Shown piece by piece: positions 19,806-29,410 of a stretch of 64,000 bases of DNA. The stretch's first letter is position 1; each line of letters starts with the position of its first letter. The DNA comes from an uncultured Acidobacteriota bacterium. GTDB taxonomy: Bacteria; Acidobacteriota; Vicinamibacteria; Fen-336. The stretch covers positions 1,888,001 through 1,952,000 of the forward strand of contig OY970399.1 in the NCBI GenBank assembly GCA_963720545.1, in the 5' to 3' direction. The notes beneath the pieces are model-generated. The model did no database searches, was not told where the DNA came from, and was given only the letters and a program-made list of their open reading frames with translations. Position numbers and translations under genes: made by a program.

Positions 19806-20048
19806 CTAGTAGGCCGCGTAGGAGGAGCCGCTCGCCGCCAGGGCGGCGACCATGCGCTCGCGCGCGTGCGGGATGTTCAGGCGGCGCATCTTCTCGAAAA
19901 GAGTCGTCGGCAGGACGCCAAGCGAATCGGCCGCGCGCCGCTGGTTCCAGCCCGACGCCTGGAGCGCCGTCACGATCAGGTCGCGCTCGTACGCTTCCAC
20001 CCGCGTCTTCAACGTCGGATTCGAACCCGCTCCGCTCTCGATGTTCAT
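19806..20048 (-). CDS. Stand-alone Fis-type helix-turn-helix protein (80 aa)
   Basis: ERDLIVTALQASGWNQRRAADSLGVLPTTLFEKMRRL is an HTH_8 pattern. SD GGAG upstream. Confidence 0.8.
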   Translation of the reverse strand: MNIESGAGSNPTLKTRVEAYERDLIVTALQASGWNQRRAADSLGVLPTTLFEKMRRLNIPHARERMVAALAASGSSYAAY

Positions 20049-20313
20049 TTCAATTTCTCCACTCAAAACTTCGCTTCGAACATAGGAGCCGCCCGGTTCA
20101 AGACCATGAACGGAAGCGAAGGCCGGGATGAAGCGCATATGAGTTGGCAACCTTCGGTGCCACAATGAATTACGGGCACGGATGAGGTGATCGATTTTCT
20201 GCACGCATGCGTCTAATTGAAGAGGAATGCCGCTATCCAATTGATTGGCAGAGGCTTTAACAAAGTTTGAAAACACTGCGCAATTTCGTCTCGATAACAT
20301 CGCGTCGTTCCCT

Positions 20314-22290
20314 GTGACCTCTCCTGTCGAGCGAGGACCTGAGCCGGCGCTGCTCCGCTTCGATCCTTTCGAGCTCGACCTCCGAACCGGCGAGCTGCGC
20401 CGGCAGGGACAGCTCGTCAAGCTCCAGCAGCAGCCGTTCAAGGTGCTCTCGCTGCTCGCGCGCCGCAGCGGCGAGCTGGTCACTCGCGAGGAAATGAAGC
20501 GCGAGATCTGGAGCGAGGAAACCTTCGTCGACTTCGACCAGGGCCTCAACTTCTGCATCAAGCAGGTGCGCATCGCCCTGCGCGACCAGGCCGACACGCC
20601 GCGCTACATCGAGACCCTGCCGCGCCGCGGCTACCGCTTCCTCGCGCACGTGGAGCACCTCGACGGAATGGGTCGGCGCACCGCGCAGGGTGCCATCGAC
20701 ATGTCGACGCCGCCGCCCGGGCCACCGCCGGCACCGGCCGCTCCTCGATCCCGCCGGTTCGGCGCCACTACCGTGCTCCTGGCGGTCGCGGTCCTGGGCG
20801 TGGCGGCCAGCGCCTGGATCTGGACGAGCGCCGCAAACCGCGCCCGCGGCCAGGCGGCCGCCGACGGCCCGGCAGCGGCGGCACGCGGCGCGCAGGGCGC
20901 CGCCGCACGGCGGCTGATGCTCGTGGTGCTGCCGTTCCAGAACCTCAGCGACGATCCGGGGCAGGAATACTTCAGCGACGGACTGACCGACGAGATGATC
21001 ATGCAGCTCGGGCGCATCGACCCGCTGCGCCTCAGCGTGATCGCCCGCGGCTCGTCGATTCAATACAAGAACAAGGCGATAGACGTCGCCGAGCTCGGGC
21101 GGGAGCTGGGTGTCGACTACGTGGTGGAGGGCACGGTGCGGCGCGGCGGCGACCGCGTGCGCATCACGGCCAAGCTGATCCAGGCGAAGGACCGCACGCT
21201 CGTGTGGAGCGAACAATACGAGCAGCACCTGAAGGACATCCTGTCCTTGCAGAGCGAAGTGGCGCGCGCGGTGGCGAAGGGCGTGCAGGTGGCGGTGTCG
21301 CCGTCGGCCGAAACCCGCTTCGCGCGCTGGCATCCGGTCGATCCCGAGGCGTACCAGCTGTACCTGCAGGGGCGCTTCTTCTGGAACCGCCGCGACCGCG
21401 AGGGCCTGACGCGCGCCATCGACTATTTCCAGCGCGCCGTGAAGCGAGCACCCGACGAGGCGCTTCCCTACGTCGGCATCGCCGACGCGTACATCGTGCT
21501 CACCGACCAGGGCGTGGTGGCGGCGACCGAGGCGATGCCGAAGGCGAAAGAGGCGGCGACGCGCGCGCTCACCATCGATCCCGAGCTCGCCGAGGCGCAC
21601 GCTTCGCTGGCGATGATCCGCATGAGCTTCGACTGGGACTGGGTGGCGGCCGAAGCCGGCTTCCGCCGCGCCAACGAGATCAACCCCAACTACGCGACCA
21701 CGCACCACTGGTACGCGCACCTGCTGCGCGCCCGCGGCCGCCACGAAGAGGCGATCGCCGAAGTGCGGCGCGCGCAGTCGCTCGACCCGCTGTCGCTCAT
21801 CATCAACAGCAATGTCGGCTCGGCGCTCTTCTACGCCGGCCGCTTCGCCGAAGCCGAGGCGCAGTGGAAGCGGGTGCTCGAGATGAACGCGCGCTTCGCT
21901 CCGGCCTACTGGTCGCTCGGCCGGCTCAAGCTGCAGCAAGGCGCCCTCGACGAGGCGATCGCGTATCACGAGAAAGCGGTGGACGCCTCGGGCCGCGATC
22001 CCGCGTACTTGTGCAGCCTCGGCCACGCCTATGGCATCGCCGGCCGCCGCGACGACGCGCAGCGCCTGCTGAACGAGGTCCTCGAGATGGCGCGGACCCG
22101 CTACGTCGCGCCCATGGACCTGGCGCTCATCCGCCTCGGCCTCGGACAGCGCCAGGCGACGCTCGACCTCATCGAGCAGGCGGTCAACGAGCACTTCTCC
22201 GGCGTGCGCCAGCTGCGCATCGAGGAGCGCTTCCAGCCCCTCAGCGGCGATCCGCGCTTCGAGGCTCTGTGTCAGCGGGTCGGTATCTAG
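20314..22290 (+). CDS. Winged-helix (CadC-like) transcriptional regulator with TM, TolB-like and TPR domains
   Basis: FELDL...KLQQQPFKVL...YIETLPRRGYRF, a TM helix, VLPFQNLSDDPGQEYFSDGLTDE and TPR repeats. Start codon uncertain. Confidence 0.88.
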   Translation: MTSPVERGPEPALLRFDPFELDLRTGELRRQGQLVKLQQQPFKVLSLLARRSGELVTREEMKREIWSEETFVDFDQGLNFCIKQVRIALRDQADTPRYIETLPRRGYRFLAHVEHLDGMGRRTAQGAIDMSTPPPGPPPAPAAPRSRRFGATTVLLAVAVLGVAASAWIWTSAANRARGQAAADGPAAAARGAQGAAARRLMLVVLPFQNLSDDPGQEYFSDGLTDEMIMQLGRIDPLRLSVIARGSSIQYKNKAIDVAELGRELGVDYVVEGTVRRGGDRVRITAKLIQAKDRTLVWSEQYEQHLKDILSLQSEVARAVAKGVQVAVSPSAETRFARWHPVDPEAYQLYLQGRFFWNRRDREGLTRAIDYFQRAVKRAPDEALPYVGIADAYIVLTDQGVVAATEAMPKAKEAATRALTIDPELAEAHASLAMIRMSFDWDWVAAEAGFRRANEINPNYATTHHWYAHLLRARGRHEEAIAEVRRAQSLDPLSLIINSNVGSALFYAGRFAEAEAQWKRVLEMNARFAPAYWSLGRLKLQQGALDEAIAYHEKAVDASGRDPAYLCSLGHAYGIAGRRDDAQRLLNEVLEMARTRYVAPMDLALIRLGLGQRQATLDLIEQAVNEHFSGVRQLRIEERFQPLSGDPRFEALCQRVGI

Positions 22291-22975
22291 CCGAGGCCAG
22301 CGTCGTCGTTGCCGGACGCAGGGCCTTGATGAACGTTCCGGAGACGCTGCCGCGCGGACCGACCAGGTCGCGCTGCGTCAAGGTCGCCGCCATCAGGCCC
22401 TTCTTCGCGTGGCCCAATTGCGGCGCCATGACGTGCACCATCTCGTGCGCGATCACCCGGCCCATGGCGGTCGCCACCCCGGCGCCGTTCTCCGCGGCCG
22501 TCGCGAGGCCGAGCGCCGCGACGATCGGATCGAGGTACACCCATACCGCGCGTGCCTCGCCGGGCATCGCGAAGCGGGCATTGACGGCACCCATCACCAG
22601 GTGCTTGCCCGCGGCCGGCACCGACGAGCGCTTCAGGATGATGACGCGCACGTCGTCCGGGCCGGTGGTGAGCGCGGCGCCGCCGCGGCTGTAGTGGTAG
22701 CGGAGTCCCGCGCCTTCGAGGACGGCGCGCGCTTCGCCGAAAGCCCGCTCGTAGGCAAACGTCGCGATCTCGTCGACGTCCACCCAGACGAGGTTGAGCG
22801 GACCATCCAGATCGTTGTGCGCGGCGTAGTTGGCGCCAGCCGCGCGCGCAACCGGCGAGCCCTCGAGGAAATCCGTCGGCGCGCCGTACTTGCTTCCCGC
22901 CTGGGCGGCGTGCGGCATGTTCAGCGCAAGGGCGAGAGCGAGCATCCAGGAAAGTGTGCGTCCGCTGCGTCGCAT
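22241..22975 (-). CDS. Hypothetical secreted protein with HExxH zincin-like motif
   Basis: Signal peptide and GRVIAHEMVHV...GH...GLM motif. Confidence 0.6.
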   Translation of the reverse strand: MRRSGRTLSWMLALALALNMPHAAQAGSKYGAPTDFLEGSPVARAAGANYAAHNDLDGPLNLVWVDVDEIATFAYERAFGEARAVLEGAGLRYHYSRGGAALTTGPDDVRVIILKRSSVPAAGKHLVMGAVNARFAMPGEARAVWVYLDPIVAALGLATAAENGAGVATAMGRVIAHEMVHVMAPQLGHAKKGLMAATLTQRDLVGPRGSVSGTFIKALRPATTTLASARYRPADTEPRSADRR

Positions 22976-23076
22976 CCGCGCCTCCCGCCTCGCATCCTCG
23001 AGGCCGTTTTCTCAAGAGACGTCGGCGCGCGAAATAAAGCCATGAGGGGTGGATGAGTTGGCGGTGAGTCCGAGGA

Positions 23077-25044
23077 TCAGTCGAGTTCAGCGAGCCATGC
23101 GGCGGCGCTCGCGTCCGACGGCATGCGCCAGTCGCCCCGCGGCGACAGGCTCACCGTGCCGACTTTCGGCCCGTCGGGCAGCGCGGAGCGCTTGAACTGA
23201 TTGGCGAAGAAGCGTTCGATGAAGACGCGCAGCCACGCCTTGATGGTGGCCGCTTCGTAACGCTCGCCGAACGCCTGGCGTGCAAGGAATTGGAGCTTGC
23301 GCGGGCCGGCGCCCAGGCGTATCAGGCCGTGCAGGAAGAAGTCGTGGAGTTCGTAGGGGCCGATCAGCGACTCGGTGGTTTCGCCGGCCGAGCCGTCGCG
23401 CGCCGGTGGCACCAACTCGGGCGAGATCGGCGTGGCGAGGACGGCGCGCAGCGTGTCGCGCAGCTCGGCTGCTGTCGGCGCCTCGGACGAGTCGGCGACG
23501 AACTGCACCAGCCGCCGCACCAAAGTCTTGGGCACGCCGGCGTTGACGTTGTACATAGAGAGGTGGTCGCCGCCGTAGGTGGCGAAGCCGAGCGCCAACT
23601 CGGAGAGGTCGCCGGTGCCCACCACCAACCCGCCCTCCTTGTTGGCGACATCCATCAGCACCTGGGTGCGCTCGCGCGCCTGCACGTTCTGAAAGGTGGC
23701 GCTCTGCCGATCCTGGTCGCCGAGGCCGATGTCCTTGATGTGCTGCGTGCAGGCCGGGCGGATGTCGATCACGCGCAGGCTCACGCCGCCGGCCGCCGCC
23801 AGCCGCCGCGCCTGCTCGAGCGTGCGCTCGGTGGTGCCGAAGCCCGGCATGGTGATGGCGATGACGCCGTCCTTCGGCAGGCCCAGCGCCGCGAAAGCCT
23901 TGAGCGCCACCAGGAATGCGAGCGTCGAGTCGAGGCCGCCGGAGAGTCCGATCGTCACACGGCGGATTCCGGTGTGCTCGAGACGCTTGGCGAGTCCCGC
24001 CGTCTGCAGCGCCAGCACCTCGCTGCAGTGCTCGACCAGCAGCTCGCCGTCGTCGGGCACGAACGGGTTCTGCTCGATGCGGCGGATGAGCCCGGCCTCG
24101 GCCTGTGAGGGAATGGCAGCCAGCGGAACCTTGCGGTACGGGCTCGCATCGCGCGGGTGCACCGCGTCGGCGTAGCTCGTCTGGCGCGCGCGCTCGATCA
24201 CCAGCCGCTCGACGTCGACATCGGTTGCGACCAGGGCGCCGCCGCGCTTGAAGCGCTCGCCTTCGGCGAGCAGCACGCCGTTCTCCGCAATCAGCAGGTG
24301 GCCGTCGAACACCATGTCGGTGGTGGACTCGTGCACGCCGGCGTTGGCGTAGACGTAGGCAGCGAGCGTGCGCGCCGACTGCTGCTTCACCAGATCGCGG
24401 CGGTACGCCGCCTTGCCGACGAGGTCGTTCGACGCCGACGGGTTGAGGATGACGGTAGCGCCGGCGATCGCGTGGCGGCTCGACGGCGGGATGGGCGCCC
24501 ACAAGTCTTCGCAGATCTCGAGGCCGAGAACCACCGACGGATCGTCGTGCAGCGGGAACAGCAGGTCGGTGCCGAACGGCGCTTCCTGCCCCGCGAGCCG
24601 CACCTCGCGCGACAGCGCATCGCGCGCCGACGAGAACCAGCGCTCTTCGTAGTACTCGCGGTACCCCGGCAGGAACGTCTTCGGCACCACGCCGAGGAGC
24701 TTGCCGGACTGCATCACGGCCGCTGAGTTGAAGAGCCGGCCGTCGAGAGCCACCGGCAGCCCGACGACGATCACCATGGCCGAGCGCTTCGAGCTGTCGA
24801 GCAGGCCCGCGAGCGCGTCCTGCGCCGCGCGCACCAGCGTCGTGCCGAGGAACAGGTCGCCCGCCGTGTAGCCGGTGAGCCCCATCTCGGGACAAACCAG
24901 CACTTGCACGGAGCGCTCCTCGGCTTCGCGCAGGACGGCAAGCGTGGCAGCGGCGTTAGCCCCGGGATCGGCGACGGTGATCCGCGGACAGGCGGCGCCC
25001 ACCCGCAGGAACCCGTAGGGAACGCTCGTCCTTGGGCGGGGCAT
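23077..25044 (-). CDS. nadE: Glutamine-dependent NAD(+) synthetase
   Basis: Nitrilase-like domain (PEMG, PK, EICEDLW) plus synthetase domain (GLSGGLDST, NVQARERT, GTGDLSE, NQFKRS). Confidence 0.95.
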   Translation of the reverse strand: MPRPRTSVPYGFLRVGAACPRITVADPGANAAATLAVLREAEERSVQVLVCPEMGLTGYTAGDLFLGTTLVRAAQDALAGLLDSSKRSAMVIVVGLPVALDGRLFNSAAVMQSGKLLGVVPKTFLPGYREYYEERWFSSARDALSREVRLAGQEAPFGTDLLFPLHDDPSVVLGLEICEDLWAPIPPSSRHAIAGATVILNPSASNDLVGKAAYRRDLVKQQSARTLAAYVYANAGVHESTTDMVFDGHLLIAENGVLLAEGERFKRGGALVATDVDVERLVIERARQTSYADAVHPRDASPYRKVPLAAIPSQAEAGLIRRIEQNPFVPDDGELLVEHCSEVLALQTAGLAKRLEHTGIRRVTIGLSGGLDSTLAFLVALKAFAALGLPKDGVIAITMPGFGTTERTLEQARRLAAAGGVSLRVIDIRPACTQHIKDIGLGDQDRQSATFQNVQARERTQVLMDVANKEGGLVVGTGDLSELALGFATYGGDHLSMYNVNAGVPKTLVRRLVQFVADSSEAPTAAELRDTLRAVLATPISPELVPPARDGSAGETTESLIGPYELHDFFLHGLIRLGAGPRKLQFLARQAFGERYEAATIKAWLRVFIERFFANQFKRSALPDGPKVGTVSLSPRGDWRMPSDASAAAWLAELD

Positions 25045-25102
25045 CGCCCACCAGTTTAAGCGCGCTAGCATGGAGGGGCTAAAAACAGGGGTAGCGAGCG
25101 CC

Positions 25103-25621
25103 ATGGATATCGGCAAACCGGCCGAAAACGAATACGCGAGCTTCTACTCGGGCTACATCGAGCTCGTCCCCGACCCCGACCTGATCGCGGCTTTGGAGCG
25201 CCAGATCGGCGAGATGCGCAAGTGGGCGGGTGCCGTGCCGCGCGACAAGGAGCGCCACCGCTACGCCGAGGACAAGTGGAGCGTGCGCGAGATCCTGGGC
25301 CACATCGGCGACGGCGAGCGCGTCTTCGGCTACCGCGCTATGTGCATTTCGCGCGGCGACACCACCCCGCTGCCGGGCTTCGACGAGAAGGCCTACGTCG
25401 CCGCCTCGCACTTCGACGACGTCCGCATCAGCCAGCTGATCAGCGACTGGGTGCTGTTCCGCGAAGCGAACCTGGCGACACTCCGCACCCTGGACGCCGG
25501 TGAATGGCAGCGCATGGGCACCGCGAGCGACAAGCCCATTTCGGTCCGCGCCCTGGCCACCATCCTCATCGGCCACATCCGCCACCACATGAACGTCCTG
25601 TCCAGTCGCTACGGTCTGTAG
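25103..25621 (+). CDS. DinB/DUF2867-like four-helix-bundle protein
   Basis: RYAEDKWSVREILGH and GHIRHH metal-binding His pattern. Confidence 0.85.
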   Translation: MDIGKPAENEYASFYSGYIELVPDPDLIAALERQIGEMRKWAGAVPRDKERHRYAEDKWSVREILGHIGDGERVFGYRAMCISRGDTTPLPGFDEKAYVAASHFDDVRISQLISDWVLFREANLATLRTLDAGEWQRMGTASDKPISVRALATILIGHIRHHMNVLSSRYGL

Positions 25622-25782
25622 CCGTTCCCCGACTGCGACTGCGCTGGCTCTTGCCGTTTTCCCGAAGCGCGGCGGCGCATGCGCCTGGGGAACGGAAACC
25701 GAACGCTGACGCAAAGCGCCTGGGGAACGGACAAAACGGAAATCGACGGATTGGACGGGGACAGCCAGCCAATCCGTCGATT
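25622..25782. repeat. Intergenic repeat/hairpin cluster between convergent genes (bidirectional terminator or REP-like)
   Basis: 16-bp direct repeat GCGCCTGGGGAACGGA (25681-25696, 25716-25731) whose core is complementary to CCGTTCCCC (25622-25630). Also a 14-bp perfect inverted repeat at 25741-25754/25769-25782. Confidence 0.6.
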
Positions 25783-27130
25783 ACTTCTTAGCAGCCTTCT
25801 TTGGCAATGGGTTGAGCATGTAGTCGACGGTGAGGTTGGACAGCAGGCGGACGCCTACTGGCAACGCTTTTTCGTCGGCGTAGAAGAGCGGCGAGTGGTT
25901 GGAGGCGGCCTTGTCCGGGTCGCCCGGCGGGGCGACGCCGAGGGCCACGAACAGGCCCGGCACCTTTTCGGCGAAGTACGAGAAGTCTTCGGCTCCGGTG
26001 ATGGCCTGGCCCACGGCGCTGTGGTCGGGGCCGGTGACGCGGGCGATGGTGGGAACCATCTTCTCGGTGAGGGCCGGGTCGTTGACGGTGACGGGATAGC
26101 CGAGCGTCACGGTGACGTCGGCGGTGGCGCCGGCGCTTTCGGCGATCGACTTCGCGGTGCGCTTCAGCCGCTCGTGGATGTCGGTGCGGACCGCGGCGTC
26201 GAAGGTGCGGAGGGTACCTTCGAGGTAGACGTCGTCCGGGATGATGTTGTTGCGCACGCCGCCCTTGATGATGCCGACCGTCACGATCGAAGGCGTCAAG
26301 GTCACGTCGAGCTGGCGGCTCGCGATCGTCTGCAGGCCCAGCACTATCTGTGAAGCGACCACGATCGGGTCGACGCCCTTCCATGGGGCGGCGCCGTGGG
26401 TCTGGCGGCCCTTCACCAGGATCTTGAAGCTGTCGGCGCTCGCCAGGAAGCCGTTCGGCCGGTAGCGCACTTCGCCCACCGGCAGCGGGAACACGTGCAG
26501 GCCGAAGATCGCATCGGGCACCGGGTTCTCGAGGACGCCCTCCTTGATCATGAGCGCAGCACCGCCTTCCTCGCCATCCGGCGGGCCCTCTTCCGCGGGC
26601 TGGAAGATGAACTTCACGGTGCCGGGCAGCGTCGCCTTCATGCCGGCGAGCACCTCGGCGGTGCCCATCAGGATCGCCACGTGGTTGTCGTGGCCGCAGG
26701 CGTGCATCACGCCCACTTCGGCGCCGTTGTACGTCGTCTTCACCTTCGACGCGAACGGCACGTCCACACGCTCGGTCACCGGCAGCGCATCCATGTCGGC
26801 GCGCAGCGCCACCACGGGGCCTGGCTTGCCGCCCTTGAGCACGCCGACGACGCCGGTCACGCCGACGCCCGTCTTCACTTCGAGCCCCAGTTTCGTCAAG
26901 TGATCGGCCACCAGCTTGGCGGTGCGCGTCTCGCGGTTGCCGAGCTCGGGATGCTCGTGGATGTCGCGGCGCCACGCGACCACCTGCGGTTCGACCGCGG
27001 CGGTGCGCTTGTCGATGTCGGCGTGCATCGCAGCGCCCGCGTCGGGCTTCGCCGCGGCAGCGCCCGCCTGAGTTCCGAACGCTGCGAAGAGCATGAAGAT
27101 GCCGGCGGCCGCGGCCATGTGGATTTTCAT
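25781..27130 (-). CDS. M20 family amidohydrolase/carboxypeptidase, secreted
   Basis: RRDIHEHPELG, LRADMDALP, MHACGHD, FQPAEEG and AEDFS motifs, with a signal peptide. Confidence 0.92.
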   Translation of the reverse strand: MKIHMAAAAGIFMLFAAFGTQAGAAAAKPDAGAAMHADIDKRTAAVEPQVVAWRRDIHEHPELGNRETRTAKLVADHLTKLGLEVKTGVGVTGVVGVLKGGKPGPVVALRADMDALPVTERVDVPFASKVKTTYNGAEVGVMHACGHDNHVAILMGTAEVLAGMKATLPGTVKFIFQPAEEGPPDGEEGGAALMIKEGVLENPVPDAIFGLHVFPLPVGEVRYRPNGFLASADSFKILVKGRQTHGAAPWKGVDPIVVASQIVLGLQTIASRQLDVTLTPSIVTVGIIKGGVRNNIIPDDVYLEGTLRTFDAAVRTDIHERLKRTAKSIAESAGATADVTVTLGYPVTVNDPALTEKMVPTIARVTGPDHSAVGQAITGAEDFSYFAEKVPGLFVALGVAPPGDPDKAASNHSPLFYADEKALPVGVRLLSNLTVDYMLNPLPKKAAKK

Positions 27131-27160
27131 GGCCGCGACGCTAGCACGCGTGCGCTCCGC

Positions 27161-29332
27161 CTAGAAGCGCACGCCGTAAACGACGCGGAACGACCGGCCC
27201 ATCTCCGGCGCCAGCTCCTTCAGGTATGAAAGATGGTTCCGATAGAGCTCGTCGCCCGCGTTGTCGAGCCGCACGGTGAGGGTATGGGCGGTCGTGCCGC
27301 TGGTGAGCGTGTAGGAGCCGTGGAAGTTCACGACCGTGTAGCCGGCGGTCGGCAGCTCTTCCCCGTAGACGCGGTCCTGGCGTGCGGCGGCGCGGACCTC
27401 GCCCTCGAGGTGCAGCCCCTTCCTTTCGTAGCGCAAGCCGGCCCAGCCGCGGTACGGCGGGATGCGCGGCAGCGCGTCGTCCGTGCTGCGCAACTCGCCG
27501 TGCACGCCGTCGCCGCCAAGTTCCAGCCACAGAGAACCGGTCACAGCCGCGTCCACGTGGGCTTCGAACCCTTGCAGCCGGGCATCGGCCGCGGTGAAGC
27601 GAATCACCGGCAGCTCGTCCTCGATTTCACCGGACTGCAACGGGAAGATGTAGTCGTCGATGTCGTTGCGAAACACCGTGAGTTCGCCGCTGAAACGCGC
27701 TCGGCGCCAGCGCAGGGACAGGTCCGCGCCTCGGCCCACTTCGGTGCCGAGACCGGGATCGCCGATTTCGAACGCGTTGTTGCCCGGGTGCGCACCGACG
27801 TTGTAGAGCTCCTCGAGGCTCGGGTTGCGGGCCGCGCGCGCCAGGCTGAGCGCCAGGGTGACGTCCTCGCGCAGGTACGCAAGGGCCCCGAACGAGCCCG
27901 ATGCGTTGGTGAAGCGCCGCGCCACCACGTTGTCGCGGTCCGGCACGAACGAGGCATCGGGATCGAAGCTGGTGTGGTCGAGGCGCGCGCCGAGCTGCAG
28001 CGTCACATGGCCGAACGGGCGTTCCTCGTAGAAGTACGCAGCTGCCGAGTGCTGCGTCGTCGGCGGCGCCAGCGCCTCCTCCCCGATCGACTCATAGTCG
28101 CGCGTCGCTCCCTGGAAGCCGATCGTGCCCTTGATGCCGGTCGAGCCGAGCGGCGCGTGGTTGAGCGCCACGTTGCCCTCCCAATACTTGTTGAAGAACT
28201 GCGTGCCAACGTCCTCGCCTTCGAACTCGGTGTGCGAGTAGTTGCGGTAGCCCAGCTCCACCTTCACGCCCTCGATGAAAGAGCCGTCGAAGCGGCGCTC
28301 GCCGCGCAGGTCGGCGCGATGGCGACGCGGGTTGAGAGTGATGTTGCCCGACTCGACGTACGGGATGCCGTAGGTGGTGCGGTTGAAGTTGTACGCGGCG
28401 CCGACGAAGCCCTTGTCGTCGGCATAGCCCACCGAGCTGCCGAGCGACACCATGTCGCTCTGGCTGTTGGGCACCTGGCCGATCGGCGTGTCGTAGTCAC
28501 GGGTGCGCCGCGCGCTGCCGCCGCCGCGCAGCGACCAGCCGTTGCGGCCAAATACGGCCGTGCCGCTGCCGCCGGCTTCGCCGTTGCTGCTGCCACCGTC
28601 GAGGTTCAGGTAGCCGTGGGTGCCAGAAATCGGCGCGCGCGGGATCTCGTCGGAGATGACGTTGATGACGCCGCCGATGGCGCTGGCGCCATAGAGCAGC
28701 GTCGCCGGGCCGCGCACCACTTCGATGCGGTTGGCGGCGGCAGGATCGAGGGTGACGCCGTGATCGCCGGACTGGAACGAGAGGTCGCCGGTGCGCACGC
28801 CGTTCTCCAGGATCAACACCCGGTCGCCGTCGAGGCCACGGATCACCGGGCGGGCATTGCCCGCGCCGAAGGAGCGCACGTTGACGCCCGGTTCGGAACC
28901 GAGCGTCGCGCCCAGGGTGGCGCCGAGGCGCTGCTGCAGCTCTTCGCCGCCGAGCACGGCCGCGGGCTGGAAGCTCTCGAAGGTGTCGCGGGCGGTCGGG
29001 CTGACGGTGATCGATTCGGTGACGTGCACCGCCTGCGCCAGCGTGAAGTCGAAGGACGCCGCGAGGTCGGTGCCGACGACGGCCTCGCGCCGCACGGTGG
29101 CGAAGCCGCTGAGCGCCGCGACCAGGTGGTAGCGGCCCGGCGCAATGCCGGCGATGCGGCAGGTGCCGCTGGAGTCGGTGACGCACTCCTTCTTGAGGGC
29201 GGGATCGTCACCGAGGGTGACGGTGGCACCGGCGAGCGGCAGGTCGTCGGCGTCGCGGACCGAGAACGAGGCGTCCGCGGCGGGCAGGAGCGATGCGGCG
29301 AGAAGCAACGACTGGATGGACGAATACAGCAT
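27161..29332 (-). CDS. TonB-dependent receptor, ZnuD-like metal uptake
   Basis: RPVIRGLDGDRV, IEVVRGPATLLYGASAIGGVINV, LYRNHLSYLK and a C-terminal Phe. Co-located with ZnuA/ZnuB-like genes, with SD GGAGG. Confidence 0.88.
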   Translation of the reverse strand: MLYSSIQSLLLAASLLPAADASFSVRDADDLPLAGATVTLGDDPALKKECVTDSSGTCRIAGIAPGRYHLVAALSGFATVRREAVVGTDLAASFDFTLAQAVHVTESITVSPTARDTFESFQPAAVLGGEELQQRLGATLGATLGSEPGVNVRSFGAGNARPVIRGLDGDRVLILENGVRTGDLSFQSGDHGVTLDPAAANRIEVVRGPATLLYGASAIGGVINVISDEIPRAPISGTHGYLNLDGGSSNGEAGGSGTAVFGRNGWSLRGGGSARRTRDYDTPIGQVPNSQSDMVSLGSSVGYADDKGFVGAAYNFNRTTYGIPYVESGNITLNPRRHRADLRGERRFDGSFIEGVKVELGYRNYSHTEFEGEDVGTQFFNKYWEGNVALNHAPLGSTGIKGTIGFQGATRDYESIGEEALAPPTTQHSAAAYFYEERPFGHVTLQLGARLDHTSFDPDASFVPDRDNVVARRFTNASGSFGALAYLREDVTLALSLARAARNPSLEELYNVGAHPGNNAFEIGDPGLGTEVGRGADLSLRWRRARFSGELTVFRNDIDDYIFPLQSGEIEDELPVIRFTAADARLQGFEAHVDAAVTGSLWLELGGDGVHGELRSTDDALPRIPPYRGWAGLRYERKGLHLEGEVRAAARQDRVYGEELPTAGYTVVNFHGSYTLTSGTTAHTLTVRLDNAGDELYRNHLSYLKELAPEMGRSFRVVYGVRF

Positions 29333-29410
29333 GGCAACGGACCTCCGGAAAAAAGCCAGAAACGATGAAACGGCGGGACGGGTGGCGTTTCAGGCTGCGG
29401 GAGGTCCGCG
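29333..29410 (-). promoter_or_regulatory. Anti-SD/SD attenuator hairpin linking leader-peptide RGPP codons to the TonB receptor RBS
   Basis: mRNA CGGACCTCC (29408-29400, inside the RGPP codons) is perfectly complementary to GGAGGTCCG (29346-29338, SD). Inner stem AGCC-T-GAAACG/CGTTTC-T-GGCT is followed by a U-run. Confidence 0.75.

Noticed and set aside
20145..20162. TGGCAC...TTGC sigma54-like site upstream of the Fis-like gene
   Set aside because: GG-to-GC spacing is 11 nt on both strands rather than the required 10. It is better described as a short imperfect palindrome.
25681..25731. Direct repeats as a mini-CRISPR
   Set aside because: Only two 16-bp units with a 19-bp spacer, and no cas genes in the window.
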